A DNA stretch of 64,000 nt from Rebecca billardiae RCC1528 (lineage: Eukaryota; Protista; Haptophyta), in assembly GCA_965240325.2 (NCBI GenBank), contig OZ251232.1, forward strand, positions 1,488,001-1,552,000, in the 5' to 3' direction. Made by a program: the position numbers and the translations under genes. The notes beneath the pieces are model-generated. The model was not told the DNA's origin, made no database searches, and saw nothing but the letters and a program-made list of their open reading frames with translations. Below, in pieces: positions 36,493 through 47,760 of the stretch (position 1 is the stretch's first letter; every line of letters begins with the position of its first letter).

Positions 36493-36720
36493 CCCCAAGG
36501 CAGCTCGCGCGCACACTCGCGCTTCGCCCGCTGCGGGCACCCGGCCAACTGCTCGTTGGCTCAGCGCTTTTCAGCTTGGCGCGCGCGCGCTCACGCCCCG
36601 GTGAAAAGGCGCCGAGCAGCTTCGCTTTCAGCTTTGCCTTGAATTGCGACCGCCCGGATGCGCGTCACCGGCCGGGGTCCGGTCGACCCCGCGTCCCGGA
36701 GGCGGACCCACGGCCTCAGC

Positions 36721-37377
36721 ATGCCCGCCGCCGCCCCTCGACGCGTGCTGATCATCAGCGTGTTATTGTACAGAGTGCTGCCTCTGGCAGCAGCGACCGT
36801 CCTCCGTGCCCACGGCGCTCGGTCCAGCGTATACAGATGGCCGGACCGGGGGCTCCACGCCATGCGCCCGCCACCTGTCGTCATGCTCACGTTGGCTGAT
36901 GTGGACGAGGGAGATCTCGTCGAGTACACGCTGTCAGAGGCAGAGCGCGCGAGCGTTGATGACGGCAAGCGCCTGGGACTTGGCGCGGTGCACGATGGGC
37001 GCGTTCTACCACTGTGCAAGTGGTCGGCCGAGTCCGATGAATTTCTCTTCGACGAGGACGCCGAGCCGCTCGAGCTCGATGCCGCGACGCGCGTGTTGGA
37101 CATGTCAATGGTCTGGCTCAGCATGAGGCTGGTGGGCGGCGGCATGGGCCCCGGTAACCCGCACGGCGAGGTGTGGGCACGAACGCGCGCGCGCGCGCGT
37201 CGGCATCCAGCCGATGACGCGCATCTCGCGCGAGATCCGCGCAGTGTTGCCCGGCTCTGATTTGTGCGCCGCACGCCCGCGCCGCAGGAGAGTGAGGATT
37301 GCTGGACGCTGGAGGATGGCGCCCTCAGTCCTGACACCCGTGTCGTTGTCCGGCCCGAGCGGGAGGTGTGGTGGTGA
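36721..37377 (+). CDS. conserved algal hypothetical protein, probable bipartite plastid targeting; intron 37171-37287
   Basis: Signal-peptide-like N-terminus followed by an Arg/Ser-rich transit-like stretch. The splice gives ...GMGPGNPHGE|ESEDCW...RPEREVWW*. Confidence 0.75.
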
Positions 37378-37865
37378 CTCTGCTCAGAGCGAGTGCGCTC
37401 CTCGCTGACGGAGGCTGCCTGGATCCGAGAGATGCCTGCGGCTGACAGTGAGACTTTACGATGTTTCTGAATTCCACACCGACGGTCCCGTGCCGCCCCG
37501 GCCGGGCACGTTCGTCGCGGCGGGTGATGCCAGCGGAATCGTCAGCCGCCGGACCGCGCGCGCGTGATGATCCTCGACCTCGTCCAGGCGGAACGAATGC
37601 GGATACCATCCGAGAGAAGTCAGAATCGGATCAGACTCAGGCACGCCGAGTCGGCGTTGCCGCCCTCGCCAGGCAGATGACTACAGTCTACACGGAAACT
37701 AGTACAGTAATTAACAGTTTAAGAGTCGTGCCTAAGTTAGTCCGATTCTTGAGTCATGAGTGATATTTATCGCAACGGCAGCTATGCCTATGCAGCATGC
37801 ACTGTGTCTGGGCGGCTGGGCCACGCACACAGACACAGTACGTACTTAACTCGACGACAGGCTAA

Positions 37866-39161
37866 TGACCGCGTTCCGCGGTCCTTTTCTGCATATAGAA
37901 TCAACGCAGTTGGGGGCCCGCGGTGGCCGTGCAATCGCGGCTCTCCGCCGTAGTGGCAGTTCGCCAGTTGAAGTCGGTTCTGAGATGCCACTGAAGCTAT
38001 TAGTCCGACCGTCCGCCGTCGCCCTGCCTGCGCGACCGCGAGACTCATTCACACTTCACACAATCACAGCAGCAGACCTGAGACCGCACCCGGCACCGGG
38101 ATCGTCAAATCGGACGTCCGTCTGACAACTAGCTGCCAAAATAATGTCCAACTGGCTGATCAGCTCGGATCCGACCCGTCCGCGATCGTGCCATCGGCAT
38201 CGGAATTACTACTAGTAGCTGCCAAACTGTGTCCAACTCTGGCTGATCAGCTCGGATCCGACCCGTCCGCGATCGTGCCGAGTGAGTCGTGCCGCGGAGC
38301 TCGGAGTACTGAAGGAGTCGGGTGTGACAGCAGGGTGCTTTAGCGCTGCGGCCCGTGCCAGCCAACGACCAGACGTACTCTGGCCACTTGACCCGTTGCA
38401 CGGGTGAGTGACCGTACGCCCTGCCTAGTGCCTACCGCGCGCGCCGCACGACCGGCGACTCGGGGTGATGGAGAGCGGATGGCGACAGCAGCAGCAGTCC
38501 TCATGAAGACGATGAAACTGGCGGCACGGGTGCACGAGGTGGCAGGCGAAAGCGCGCCGACGAGACCGCATTTGACACACCTGAGCCGCACGCGCGTGCC
38601 GTCGCCGAGCGGCGAGCGCTGCAAACGCGCAACCGTACCGCGCGCGCCACGACGGCGCGGCACTAGCTGATGCAGGCCGTACTGCCGGCACTGCTTCTGC
38701 GATCATGCGCCACGGTCGCAGCTGACTGCGTGAGCAGCAAGCGGGAGGCGGGTCCGGAGGCACGTGCAGGCGCCGTCCCGCATATCCGCCATCGCCCATC
38801 GTGCCGGGGCACGTCACCTCCGACGATCCGGATGTGGCCCAGTCCGGACGTCACGCGATCCGGGAAGACGAGTACGATTCGCTCGTAACGAACCGTTACA
38901 CTAAAGTCACGGCCAGGCTCACGTCCCGTCCATCGATTAGATATGGAATCAGCTGGGCGCGCTCTTTTTCGGCCTAATAGACCTCTCTATGCGATCTCAA
39001 AAACTCGAAACTCGGTCTCCGCCAGCCCTAAAAATCGCCCCCCGTCCCTTTTTTCCGCCGCCCCCCGTCCCTTTTTTCTTGATCAAAGATCTTTTTGAAA
39101 CGTGGTTCGGGCCCGCTGGTGCGGGCTCCACGCTGCGCGCTCCGCCCTGCACCGCGGGCCA
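37866..39161. mobile_element. family X copy 3, with a TAA target-site duplication
   Basis: TAA (37863-37865), end A TGACCGCGTTCC, then end B CACCGCGGGCCA and TAA (39162-39164). Internal ~65-bp direct repeat at 38128-38192 and 38214-38279. Confidence 0.8.
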
Positions 39162-39221
39162 TAACGTAGTAGTATCACTGTGATCTCGCCTGACTGAGCT
39201 GTGTGCGCCTCTGATTCTTAG

Positions 39222-39934
39222 TAGGTGCATCATCTAATCTCCCGTAACGGTCGAGCACCCCTCCAGCCCTCGCTGTGCGAGGGGTGCGACGGAAAGCAAA
39301 GAACAGTGGGACACTGGGGACTTTGGTCCCGCGCCCCTCTCGCGGGCTCTGGTGCGCGAACGCTTGGTCACTACTGGCCGCCGAGCCGCAGATTGTCGCT
39401 CCGTGCACCAACAAAGGCATCCCCAGCCGCATGTTGCCGCTCGACACCTCGTCTCGCCTCGCGCGGAGCCAACTTGTGGTGTGCGGGAGCCACCCGAAGC
39501 ACAGGCTGTGCTGCACGCTGCGCGTCGCGAGTCGTGAGTGCATCGGAGCACACGGCGGTGCATGACGTGCCATGAGACCGGCATGAGTATGTACTCAACG
39601 GATTGCGCGTGCGATGGCGTCGCGATGCACTGTTGACCCGCCACGCGCGTCGCTACACGGCCCAGTGTGCTTCGGGTGGCTCCCGCACACCACAAGTTGG
39701 CTCCGCGCGAGGCGAGACGCGGTGTCGAGTGGCAACATGCGGCTGGGGATGCCTTTGTTGGTGCACGGAGCGCCAATCTGCGGCTCGGCGGCCAGTAGTG
39801 ACCAAGCGTTCGCGCGCCAGAGCCCGCGAGAGGGGCGCGGGGCCAGATTGACCAGGGTGCCACTGTCCTTTCTTCGGAGCGGTGCCTGGAGCGACCCGCC
39901 GGCCGTTACAGGGCCGCTGAGAAGGCGGTGATGT
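39222..39934. mobile_element. foldback/MULE-like non-autonomous element with long TIRs and candidate 8-bp TSD ATTCTTAG
   Basis: ~175-bp inverted arms (39328-39503 vs 39666-39842) with few mismatches, extending outward imperfectly. ATTCTTAG at 39214-39221 and 39935-39942. Confidence 0.7.
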
Positions 39935-40017
39935 ATTCTTAGATAGTAAACTGTGGTCTGTAACAGTTTCGTTTCGTAATCCGTTTTGTTTGCAGCGGAC
40001 CTCGCTTGTGAGTTGTG

Positions 40018-41676
40018 ATGCGCGCCCTCGTCGTGCTCCTCGGCGAGAGCGACGCTGCCCGATCGTTCGTGCCTCGGCTGCGTGAGGTGTTCGCCGGCAT
40101 CGAGCAGCATGTCGGTCATGCGCGCCTCGACGTGCGCTCCGGCTCGCAGCTTGAGGACCTGCTGCCCGACACGCGCATGCCGATTGGCCGCGAGGAGCGC
40201 GCGCAGTGCGAGCGCATCAAGGCGTTCGATCTCCTCGATGTCGTGATCGTGTACGCGACGCCCGACGCGCTCCCGTGGCACTCGCACGCCCAGCAGGCCG
40301 TGTGGCTCGTGCGCAACTGCCTGCTCACGCGCAAGTGCGTGCTCGCCGTCGGCGGTGGCCTGCAGCTGATCTCCTTTGTGCTCGCGACCGGCGCCGAGCT
40401 GTCCGAGCGCGTGCGCGTGCTCCCCGGGCACGCGCCGCCATGGGAGCCGCCAACGGCGTCAGTCGTTGGTCGTGCCAGCGCCGATCTCTCCGCGCTCTGG
40501 CTTGAGCGCGCGACCGGCACACTCTGGCGGCACGTGGGGCGCGCGGCGCATGCGCACGGTGGTTGGGAGGTCGCAGGGGATGCGGGCTCGCACATGGACT
40601 CGGGCCACCCGGACGCGCCGCACCGGCACGTGAACGAGCGCGCGCGCGACGCCGAGAGCGCCGCGTTCGCGCGCACGCCCGGCACGCGCCGTCTGCGCGC
40701 GCGCGTGCACACCAGCGCGCGCGCTCACGCGTACTTTGCCGATCAGCCGGCTGAAGTCGTGCTCAGCTCCCGCACTCGGTGGCACTGCCACCTGCAGCCG
40801 CCGTTCGACGCGGGGCCGCTTGGCGTGGCGCGCGTGCTGCTGCACCACCCGCACGGCGTGCAGGCGCTCGAGGTGGGCAACACGCTCGCGCTGCAGGCCG
40901 AGCTGGAGCGCGGCGAGGACGACGGCGGCGGCGCGGTGCGGCTGTGCCGCCGATTCCTCGTGGCGAGGCACGCCCTGATTCAGGCGCGCGTGGACGGCCG
41001 CGCCGGGCTGCATGCGGACGAGGCGCGCGGGGCGCCGCTGCAGCTGGCGTTCATCGTCGCGCAGTGGCACGTCGAGCACGTCCCGTCCGCAGCGCTCGAC
41101 GCCGTCGCCGCCCTCGCGCCCCACGTGGGCCCCTACTTCGGCATGCGCAGCCACACACACGCAGGCGGCGGCGGCGGCGCGGACGAGGCGGCCGCGGAGG
41201 GTGCGGCGTGGGCTTGGGAGGCGACGGGCGAGGCCGCGTGGGGAGGAGCGCCCGACGGGCCGCCTGGCGAGGAACGCCGCTCGAGGGGTGGCCCGCGGCC
41301 TCAGTCTGCACGGCGCGCACCGCGCACCGCGGGCGCGCTGCGCGCGCCGGCGCGACCGCTGAGCGCGCACGGCGGAGTGACGGCTAGACAGTCGCAGCGG
41401 CCAGCGGCGTTGCACGGTGCGCTGCCCGCCGATGGGAGCGGCCCTGAGCTGTTCGCGCCGTGCGAGCGTGTGATGCGCCTCGCGCCACACGGCCGAGGCG
41501 TGCCCTACAACAGCTGGGCGCGGCGGCAGGAGGAGATCAAGAGGCTCGACGCGGCAGGTGGCCCGGCGACGCTCGCAGCAGCGTCGGGCCCGTTTGCCAG
41601 TGCGGAGGACGTGCGCCGCCTCGCGGAGAAGGCCGCACGCGCTACATCCATCCACGATCGCCCCTTCCGGCTGTGA
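40018..41676 (+). CDS. hypothetical protein with degenerate class-I glutamine amidotransferase-like fold
   Basis: Intronless 552-aa ORF. KCVLAVGGGLQL corresponds to P+LG+C.G.Q without the Cys, and TLALQAELE corresponds to G+QFHPE without the His. Confidence 0.6.
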   Translation: MRALVVLLGESDAARSFVPRLREVFAGIEQHVGHARLDVRSGSQLEDLLPDTRMPIGREERAQCERIKAFDLLDVVIVYATPDALPWHSHAQQAVWLVRNCLLTRKCVLAVGGGLQLISFVLATGAELSERVRVLPGHAPPWEPPTASVVGRASADLSALWLERATGTLWRHVGRAAHAHGGWEVAGDAGSHMDSGHPDAPHRHVNERARDAESAAFARTPGTRRLRARVHTSARAHAYFADQPAEVVLSSRTRWHCHLQPPFDAGPLGVARVLLHHPHGVQALEVGNTLALQAELERGEDDGGGAVRLCRRFLVARHALIQARVDGRAGLHADEARGAPLQLAFIVAQWHVEHVPSAALDAVAALAPHVGPYFGMRSHTHAGGGGGADEAAAEGAAWAWEATGEAAWGGAPDGPPGEERRSRGGPRPQSARRAPRTAGALRAPARPLSAHGGVTARQSQRPAALHGALPADGSGPELFAPCERVMRLAPHGRGVPYNSWARRQEEIKRLDAAGGPATLAAASGPFASAEDVRRLAEKAARATSIHDRPFRL

Positions 41677-41752
41677 TGATGATCAAGCTGAAACAGTACT
41701 TTGTCCCTGGGACAAACTTGAAACTTGTATCTGATGAACCAGGCAAGGGCCT

Positions 41753-42828
41753 GAGGCCACTTCACCGAAATCCAGGTTGGGGAGGATCTCCGCTGCACTG
41801 GTGGGGAGGATGTCATCCTCCCCGCTCGCCACGGCTGGGGAGGATGTCCGCCGCGCTGTCCGGTCTTTCGCCGCTGACAAAACTTTCGAAAACGAAAGTC
41901 GCGCCATGGCGGACCCGGTGTTCCCGCCCGGCGGCGAAAGGGGCGCGGGGCCGGTGGCTCGCGATCCGAAGGGCAGTAGCTCGCGACCTCGCTTGGGCGG
42001 TGGCAGCGGCGCTGTGGCACGGCGTGTACCATCCGCGCGGCTGTGCGCGATCGCGCGGTCCCGTTCGTCGCCACGCCGCGCGCGACCGTTCACGCCACAG
42101 TCTGTCCGCACTGGCATGCACCCGTTGCAAGCGCATGACGGCGGAGAGCTCAGAGAGCCCGTCACGCGCGTGACGACCGTGTGGGATGGGTTGTGCCGAT
42201 ATGAAGGCTGCCCTTCGTAGGCTTTCTGATGAGCCCATCCAACGTTCAGACCATTCCTAACTGCTGAACGATGAGTCATCGCCTGCCACACGGCCATGGA
42301 GTTGTGGACAGTACAGCAGCCGTCCATGATCCTCATGCCCGCCTCATGGGCCGGCGCGTGCCTCCCTGAACATGAAGACAAGCTGTACAACCCATCCCAC
42401 ACGGTCGTCACGCGCGTGACGGGCTCTCTGAGCTCTCCGCCGTCATGCGCTTGCAACGGGTGCATGCCAGTGCGGACAGACTGTGGCGTGAACGGTCGCG
42501 CGCGGCGTGGCGACGAACGGGACCGCGCGATCGCGCACAGCCGCGCGGATGGTACACGCCGTGCCACAGCGCCGCTGCCACCGCCCAAGCGAGGTCGCGA
42601 GCTACTGCCCTTCGGATCGCGAGCCACCGGCCCCGCGCCCCTTTCGCCGCCGGGCGGGAACACCGGGTCCGCCATGGCGCGACTTTCGTTTTCGAAAGTT
42701 TTGTCAGCGGCGAAAGACCGGACAGCGCGGCGGACATCCTCCCCAGCCGTGGCGAGCGGGGAGGATGACATCCTCCCCACCAGTGCAGCGGAGATCCTCC
42801 CCAACCTGGATTTCGGTGAAGTGGCCTC
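41753..42828. mobile_element. very young foldback element: 442-bp perfect TIRs, 192-bp spacer, 5-bp TSD GGCCT
   Basis: Arms 41753-42194 and 42387-42828 are reverse complements with termini GAGG..CCTC. GGCCT at 41748-41752 and 42829-42833. Confidence 0.9.
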
Positions 42829-42969
42829 GGCCTTGAACCTCGAATATGGGACGCCGGCGCCGAATAATTCGACTCGCCCAGCTGATGAAAGAAACGACGG
42901 GCGCGCGGGGGCGCAAGCGTCGCTTCGACCGCGCGCCGCCGCCGTCGTCGACAACCAGCCATGCGTCGC

Positions 42970-44529
42970 ATGGCCACCGTGAGCAACATGCCGAAGGAGG
43001 CTGCGCAGGCGGAGGGTCGGCCGTACAAGGGGGGTGCCGGCGTCGACGCGATGAACAACGCGCCGTATGGCTACTGGTCCGCGCGCGTCTTGCGTGCCGC
43101 GCGACGCGCCGCGCCGCGCGACGCTCCTGTCGGCACCGGGCTCACTTGGCCGCGCTGCGCCGCTGCTCGCAGGAAAGAGTCGATGACGACGCTCGACGCG
43201 CGACCGCGCATGCCCTGGATGATGGTGTGCACCTACATCTTCTGGTGCTCGTGCGTGCACGTCTTCGTGCTGCTGATGCGCGACACGACAGAAACCTCGG
43301 ACCTCGACTCAGACGGTCCGGGCAAGATCGTCTACATCCTGGACGCTTGGGTGCTCGGCCTGCTCGGCGCGGCGCTCTCGTTCCTGCTAGTCTTTCGCAC
43401 CAACAACGCGTACGCCCGCTGGTGGGAGGGCCGCATCATCTGGGGAGTCATCACCTTCACGTCGCGTGACCTCGCGCGGCAGGCCACGGCGTACGTGCGC
43501 GACGAGGCGCGTGCGGAGCGCTTCGTGCGCCTCGTCATCAGCTTTTCGATCGTGATGAAGCGGCACCTGCGCGCCGAACGGGAGCTCCCTGAACTTGCGG
43601 ACGTGCTCACGCCCGAGGAGCGCAGAGCCATCACGGGCGCGCAGCACATGGTCGTGTTCACACTCGAGCTGCTCGCGCGCGAGCTGAGCGCGGCGCTGCG
43701 CGCGCAGCAGCTCGGCGAGTTCACCGCGATGACGATCGACCAGAACCTGTCGGTGCTCTCGTCGACGTTGGGGCGGTGCGAGCGCATCCTCACGACGAAG
43801 ATGCCGTTCGCGTACGTCGTGCAGCTGCGCACACTGCTGGGCATCTGGCTGGTGGCCCTGCCGTTCGTCACGCCCGCGTATATCGGGTGGGGCGGCATCG
43901 TCGTGTGCGCCATCGTCGCGTACGCAATCATCGGGCTGGAGACGATCTCGATCGAGATCGAGCAGCCGTTCGGCCACGGTGCGCGCGCGCGCTGGGCGCC
44001 CTCGCGCGCGAGCGCCTACGAGCGCGCGCCCGCTTGGCACGTGCGCGGTGGGTGGCCCATGCCGACCGCGCGCGGTGGGTGGCCCTGCGCGGTGGGTGGC
44101 CCTGCCTCTTCCCCTTGCCCCGGCGCAGAGTACAACGACCTGCCACTGGACAAGTACGCAGACCTCGTGATCAAGCCCAACCTGCTCGCCATCCTCGAGC
44201 GGTATACGCAGGCCAACGCCGCGGCGGGGAGCACCGGCATGGAGCTGGGCGATGGCGTGCGCTCCCGCACCGCCGCTTGCGACAGCCCAGTCAGAGCCAG
44301 CACCACCGATGCCGACGGCGTGCAGGGCGTGGACCAACGCTGCCGTGATCATGGCAGCAGCCCGGCGCACCGCTCTGTGCTGCCAAGAGAACAGGCCGCG
44401 ACGTCGCCCATGCTGCTGCCGAGCAGTGCTGTGCTACAGCCCTTGCCCACGGCGTCGTCGCCTGTACGCCCTGCGGGAGCGTCGCTGAGGCAGTTGCAGA
44501 CGTTGCCGTTGGAGAACATCAGACATTGA
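42970..44529 (+). CDS. bestrophin-like anion channel (UPF0187/YneE/VCCN-BST type); introns ~43077-43172 and ~43979-44128
   Basis: LLVFRTNNAYARWWEGR, CERILTTKMPFAY and IEIEQPFG..YNDLPLD motifs. Confidence 0.93.
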   Translation: MATVSNMPKEAAQAEGRPYKGGAGVDAMNNAPYGYWSARVLRAARRAAPRDAPVGTGLTWPRCAAARRKESMTTLDARPRMPWMMVCTYIFWCSCVHVFVLLMRDTTETSDLDSDGPGKIVYILDAWVLGLLGAALSFLLVFRTNNAYARWWEGRIIWGVITFTSRDLARQATAYVRDEARAERFVRLVISFSIVMKRHLRAERELPELADVLTPEERRAITGAQHMVVFTLELLARELSAALRAQQLGEFTAMTIDQNLSVLSSTLGRCERILTTKMPFAYVVQLRTLLGIWLVALPFVTPAYIGWGGIVVCAIVAYAIIGLETISIEIEQPFGHGARARWAPSRASAYERAPAWHVRGGWPMPTARGGWPCAVGGPASSPCPGAEYNDLPLDKYADLVIKPNLLAILERYTQANAAAGSTGMELGDGVRSRTAACDSPVRASTTDADGVQGVDQRCRDHGSSPAHRSVLPREQAATSPMLLPSSAVLQPLPTASSPVRPAGASLRQLQTLPLENIRH

Positions 44530-44778
44530 TGGCAAGGTCCCGTGTCAGAAGTCTCACGTCGTCATCGTCAGACGGACACCTGGCTGAACAACTGTGAATC
44601 AGGCTGCGCAGATGAGCGCTCGGGCGCGCCGATCAACGGATCATCGACATCGACATCGACGGACCCAGACTGATCAAGACCGACGACGACGGGCGTGCGA
44701 AGTCCCGGGCAGGCGAGATACAATAAAAGCGGATGACCAAGCCAGCACTCCAGCAGCCTCTTGTGGCGCGGAGCCACG

Positions 44779-45843
44779 ATGAGCATCTCCGCGGACGAGG
44801 CGCGCTCGCTGCTGGCGTCGATCGACGGCGCCGCGCCTAAGAAGGGCGTCCCGAAGGTGGAGCGGCTCTGCGGCCTCTGGGCTGGCATGGGCAGTATCCT
44901 CCTCGTCGATGGCCGCGTGGTCGTCAAGCGCGTGACCTTCCCCAAGTCTGATTCCCGCGGCGACGTGCGCAAGATTGAATCGTACCGGCACGAGGCGGCC
45001 TTCTACGCGCGGCATGCGCCCAAGCTGCTGGCACCGCCACACTCGCTCGAGCTGCCGCGCCCGTTGCTTGTGCAGGCCGATGACAAGGGCCTGAGCCTGT
45101 GCATGAGCAGGCTGGATGGCACCCCGCCCGCAGGCGACTTGTCCGACGCGGAGGCGCATGCAGCTGCGCGCTGGCTCGCGACGCTGCACGCGGCGTACTG
45201 GGGGATCACGGAGGAAAAGCTGGACGGGCTGCAACTGCAGGGGACGTACTGGTATCTGGACACCCGTCCGGACGAGCTCGACAGCATGCCGCGGCGCGGG
45301 TGGGAGGCGCGGCTCCGGCTGGCCGCGCGAGCAATCGACCTCAGGCTGAAGCACGACGCCCTGCAGACAGTCGTCCACGGCGACGCGAAGGACGCGAACA
45401 TGCTCTTCTCGCGCGCACCCGGCGGCGAGGTGCGCGCGCAGCTGTGTGACTTCCAGTACTGCGGCCGCGCCCCGCCCTCGAAGGACCTCGCCTACTTCTT
45501 TGCGTGCGCATGTGGCGTCACCGGCAGGCCAGCCGAGGCGACGCTCCTCGAGGCATACCACGCCACGCTGGCGACGGCGCTGCGCGAAAAGGGGGTGCAG
45601 CCGCCGCCGTTGGAGTGGCTGTGCGCGTCGGTCGACGTGGCGTATGCTGACCTCGCGCGCTTCATGTCCGGCTGGGGCTGGTGGGGCCGCGCTGAGCTGA
45701 GCAAGCGCGCGCGCGCCCTGCTGGATGAGCTGGACGGCGGCGCCGCGCCCGGCGAGGGTGAGGCAGCCGAGGCGGCATACGAGCGCGCCATCATGGAGCG
45801 ATACCCACCGGACTATCAGAGTGGCGGCGCCGCTGCCAGCTGA
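44779..45843 (+). CDS. ecdysteroid-kinase-like / choline-APH family small-molecule kinase
   Basis: VVVK, SYRHEAAFY, the Brenner motif TVVHGDAKDANMLF, DFQY and DLAYF. Confidence 0.9.
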   Translation: MSISADEARSLLASIDGAAPKKGVPKVERLCGLWAGMGSILLVDGRVVVKRVTFPKSDSRGDVRKIESYRHEAAFYARHAPKLLAPPHSLELPRPLLVQADDKGLSLCMSRLDGTPPAGDLSDAEAHAAARWLATLHAAYWGITEEKLDGLQLQGTYWYLDTRPDELDSMPRRGWEARLRLAARAIDLRLKHDALQTVVHGDAKDANMLFSRAPGGEVRAQLCDFQYCGRAPPSKDLAYFFACACGVTGRPAEATLLEAYHATLATALREKGVQPPPLEWLCASVDVAYADLARFMSGWGWWGRAELSKRARALLDELDGGAAPGEGEAAEAAYERAIMERYPPDYQSGGAAAS

Positions 45844-46089
45844 CGATGACGAAGCCGATGATTGCTGATGATCATCGTCGCCACATTGCATTGACGACTG
45901 GTCTGGTCCCTGGCCCTGCTTAGTGCTGTGCAGACACGACTGCTCGCGCGTCACGACAACTAGCAGCTTGTCACCGTACTCCGTAGCTCAAGCTGCCGGA
46001 TTCGGAGTCCCGACCTCTGCTGACGGGGAGCAGCGCGATCGCCGCTGCTCGGCGTCGCGCCGCGTGCACGGCACAACGGACGGTCCCGC

Positions 46090-47760
46090 TCACAGCAGCT
46101 CGTGCGCATCGGCCTCAGCGCTCCGGCTGTCGGCCACGCGCATGCGCACGCCAACTGCAGCCACCGCCAGCGCCGCGGCCGCCACTGCTGAGAGCGCGAG
46201 GACGAGCGCCAGCGGCGGCCTCGCGTCCCGCGCGCTACCGCCGTGCGCTGCCGACGCCTCCGCGCGGAGCGAGGGCGCGCACGCCGCGACCGCTGGTGCG
46301 GGCCCGGCGCCGCCCGAGCACTCCAGACCCTGCTCGGTCTCGAGTGAGCATACCGGCTCGGCTGCGGCCGCCGGCGCGTCGCTGCCCTTCTTGGACTTGC
46401 TGGACTTGCTTTTCTTGAGCATGCGCGCGCGCGTCTTGTGCGCGCACGCGGCGAGCGAGGCCTCGCCGCCCTCGCAGCTGAAGTCGTACGCGCTCGAGAC
46501 GGGGTAGGCGTTGGTCGCTGGGCTCGCGAAGACGGCCTGCGCGCGCCGCGCGTACCGTCGGCGTGCGTGCGGAGGGGCGGTGTGAAGGGTGGGCGGGCGG
46601 GCGGGCGGCATGGCTGGCAGCGCCCTCCTCGCTGCGGCGGGGCGCGCGCGGCGCGCGCGCGCACCGACGAGCCGTCGTAGCCCAGCTCGCGGCACGCCGC
46701 GTCCGCCGCACTGGCGGAGAGCGCCGTCCCGCACAGCGTGTGCCATTCGGCGCCCTCGTAGACGAGCACGCTGCCGCTCGGGAAGGCGCTCAGGGCGAGG
46801 CTGCCCTCCGAGGGCGCGCACACGGCTGGGCCGGGGCCGGGGGCGCCGAGCGTGGTGGGTGCGGCGGACGAGTCGCCCTTGGTGGCGCCCGCGCTGACGG
46901 CGATGCCCACGATGGCGAGTGGCACGCAGATGAGCGCGGAGACGAGAGCCCTACTCGTCCGCGGGCGGCGCGCGCGTGTGCGCGCGCGCCGATCGCTGCG
47001 TCAGCGCCCGGCATCGCGGTCGCGCGTGCGCATGACGGCCCACCGCACGTGCGAGGACGCGCGCGCGCGCACGCGCGCAGACACACCATGGCTTCTGCAG
47101 GAGCTGCTTGGGTCCGGTGCCTCCCGCTTTGTGCTCCTCCACCCCCTTGATGGCCAGCTTGACTCGGCCGTCCGCGGACGTCTCGTCGACGTCCAGCCGC
47201 ACGCCAGCCTTGAGCGTGGGCGGCGGGGCCTTGGGCGGGCCGTTGGCTGCGGGCGCGGCGGGCTGGGCCAGCGGCGGCTGTGTGGTGGCTGTCTGCGCGC
47301 CGCCGGCAGCGGCGGCAGTGCCGGCGGCGCCGGCGGCGCCGGCGGCGGCCGCGGCGCCCGCGGCCGCAGCTGCTGCGGGGACCCCCGCTCCCGCGCTCGC
47401 CTCGGGCGGCGCGGCACCGTTGGGCTCGGCCGCCTCGGGCTGCGGCAAGCCGCAGAACTCGTTGAACGGGCCGCGCTCATCGTCGGGCAGGGCGTCGTTG
47501 ATGAATATGAGGTAGTCGTTCAGCGCCTGCTGGCGCTGCTCCAGCGCCGCCGCGTTGTTGATTCTGAAGAGCGACTTGGGCGCGGGGAACTTGGTGCGTG
47601 CGAGCGACGGCGTACTCTCGTGCAGCTGGACGAACTCGGAGTAGCGGTGCTTGGTGAGCGTGACAACATCGCCGAGCTGGTGTTCGACAACGTACACGCG
47701 GTACTCCTTTCCCCCCTCGATCGCCGTCTCCGACTCGACGACGCGCACCGTCGCAGGCAT
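46090..47760 (-). CDS. PX domain - TM - SRCR domain - TM protein; exons 47760-47087, 46950-46665, 46536-46090
   Basis: PX: KEYRVYVVE...HRYSEFVQLH...FPAPKSLF...LEQRQQALNDYL. The in-frame splice TG|G leads to TM ALVSALICVPLAIVGIAV. SRCR: GSVLVY...WHTLC...AADAACRELGY...FSCEGGEASLAAC...C...C. A second TM follows at the C-terminus. Confidence 0.8.

Noticed and set aside
41753-42828. Polinton/Maverick derivative
   Set aside because: Placing the termini at AG..CT destroys the target duplication, and no Polinton genes are present.
41683-43260. 525-aa ORF and mirrored ORFs across the inverted repeat
   Set aside because: These are artefacts of a GC-rich palindrome; identical peptides appear on both strands.
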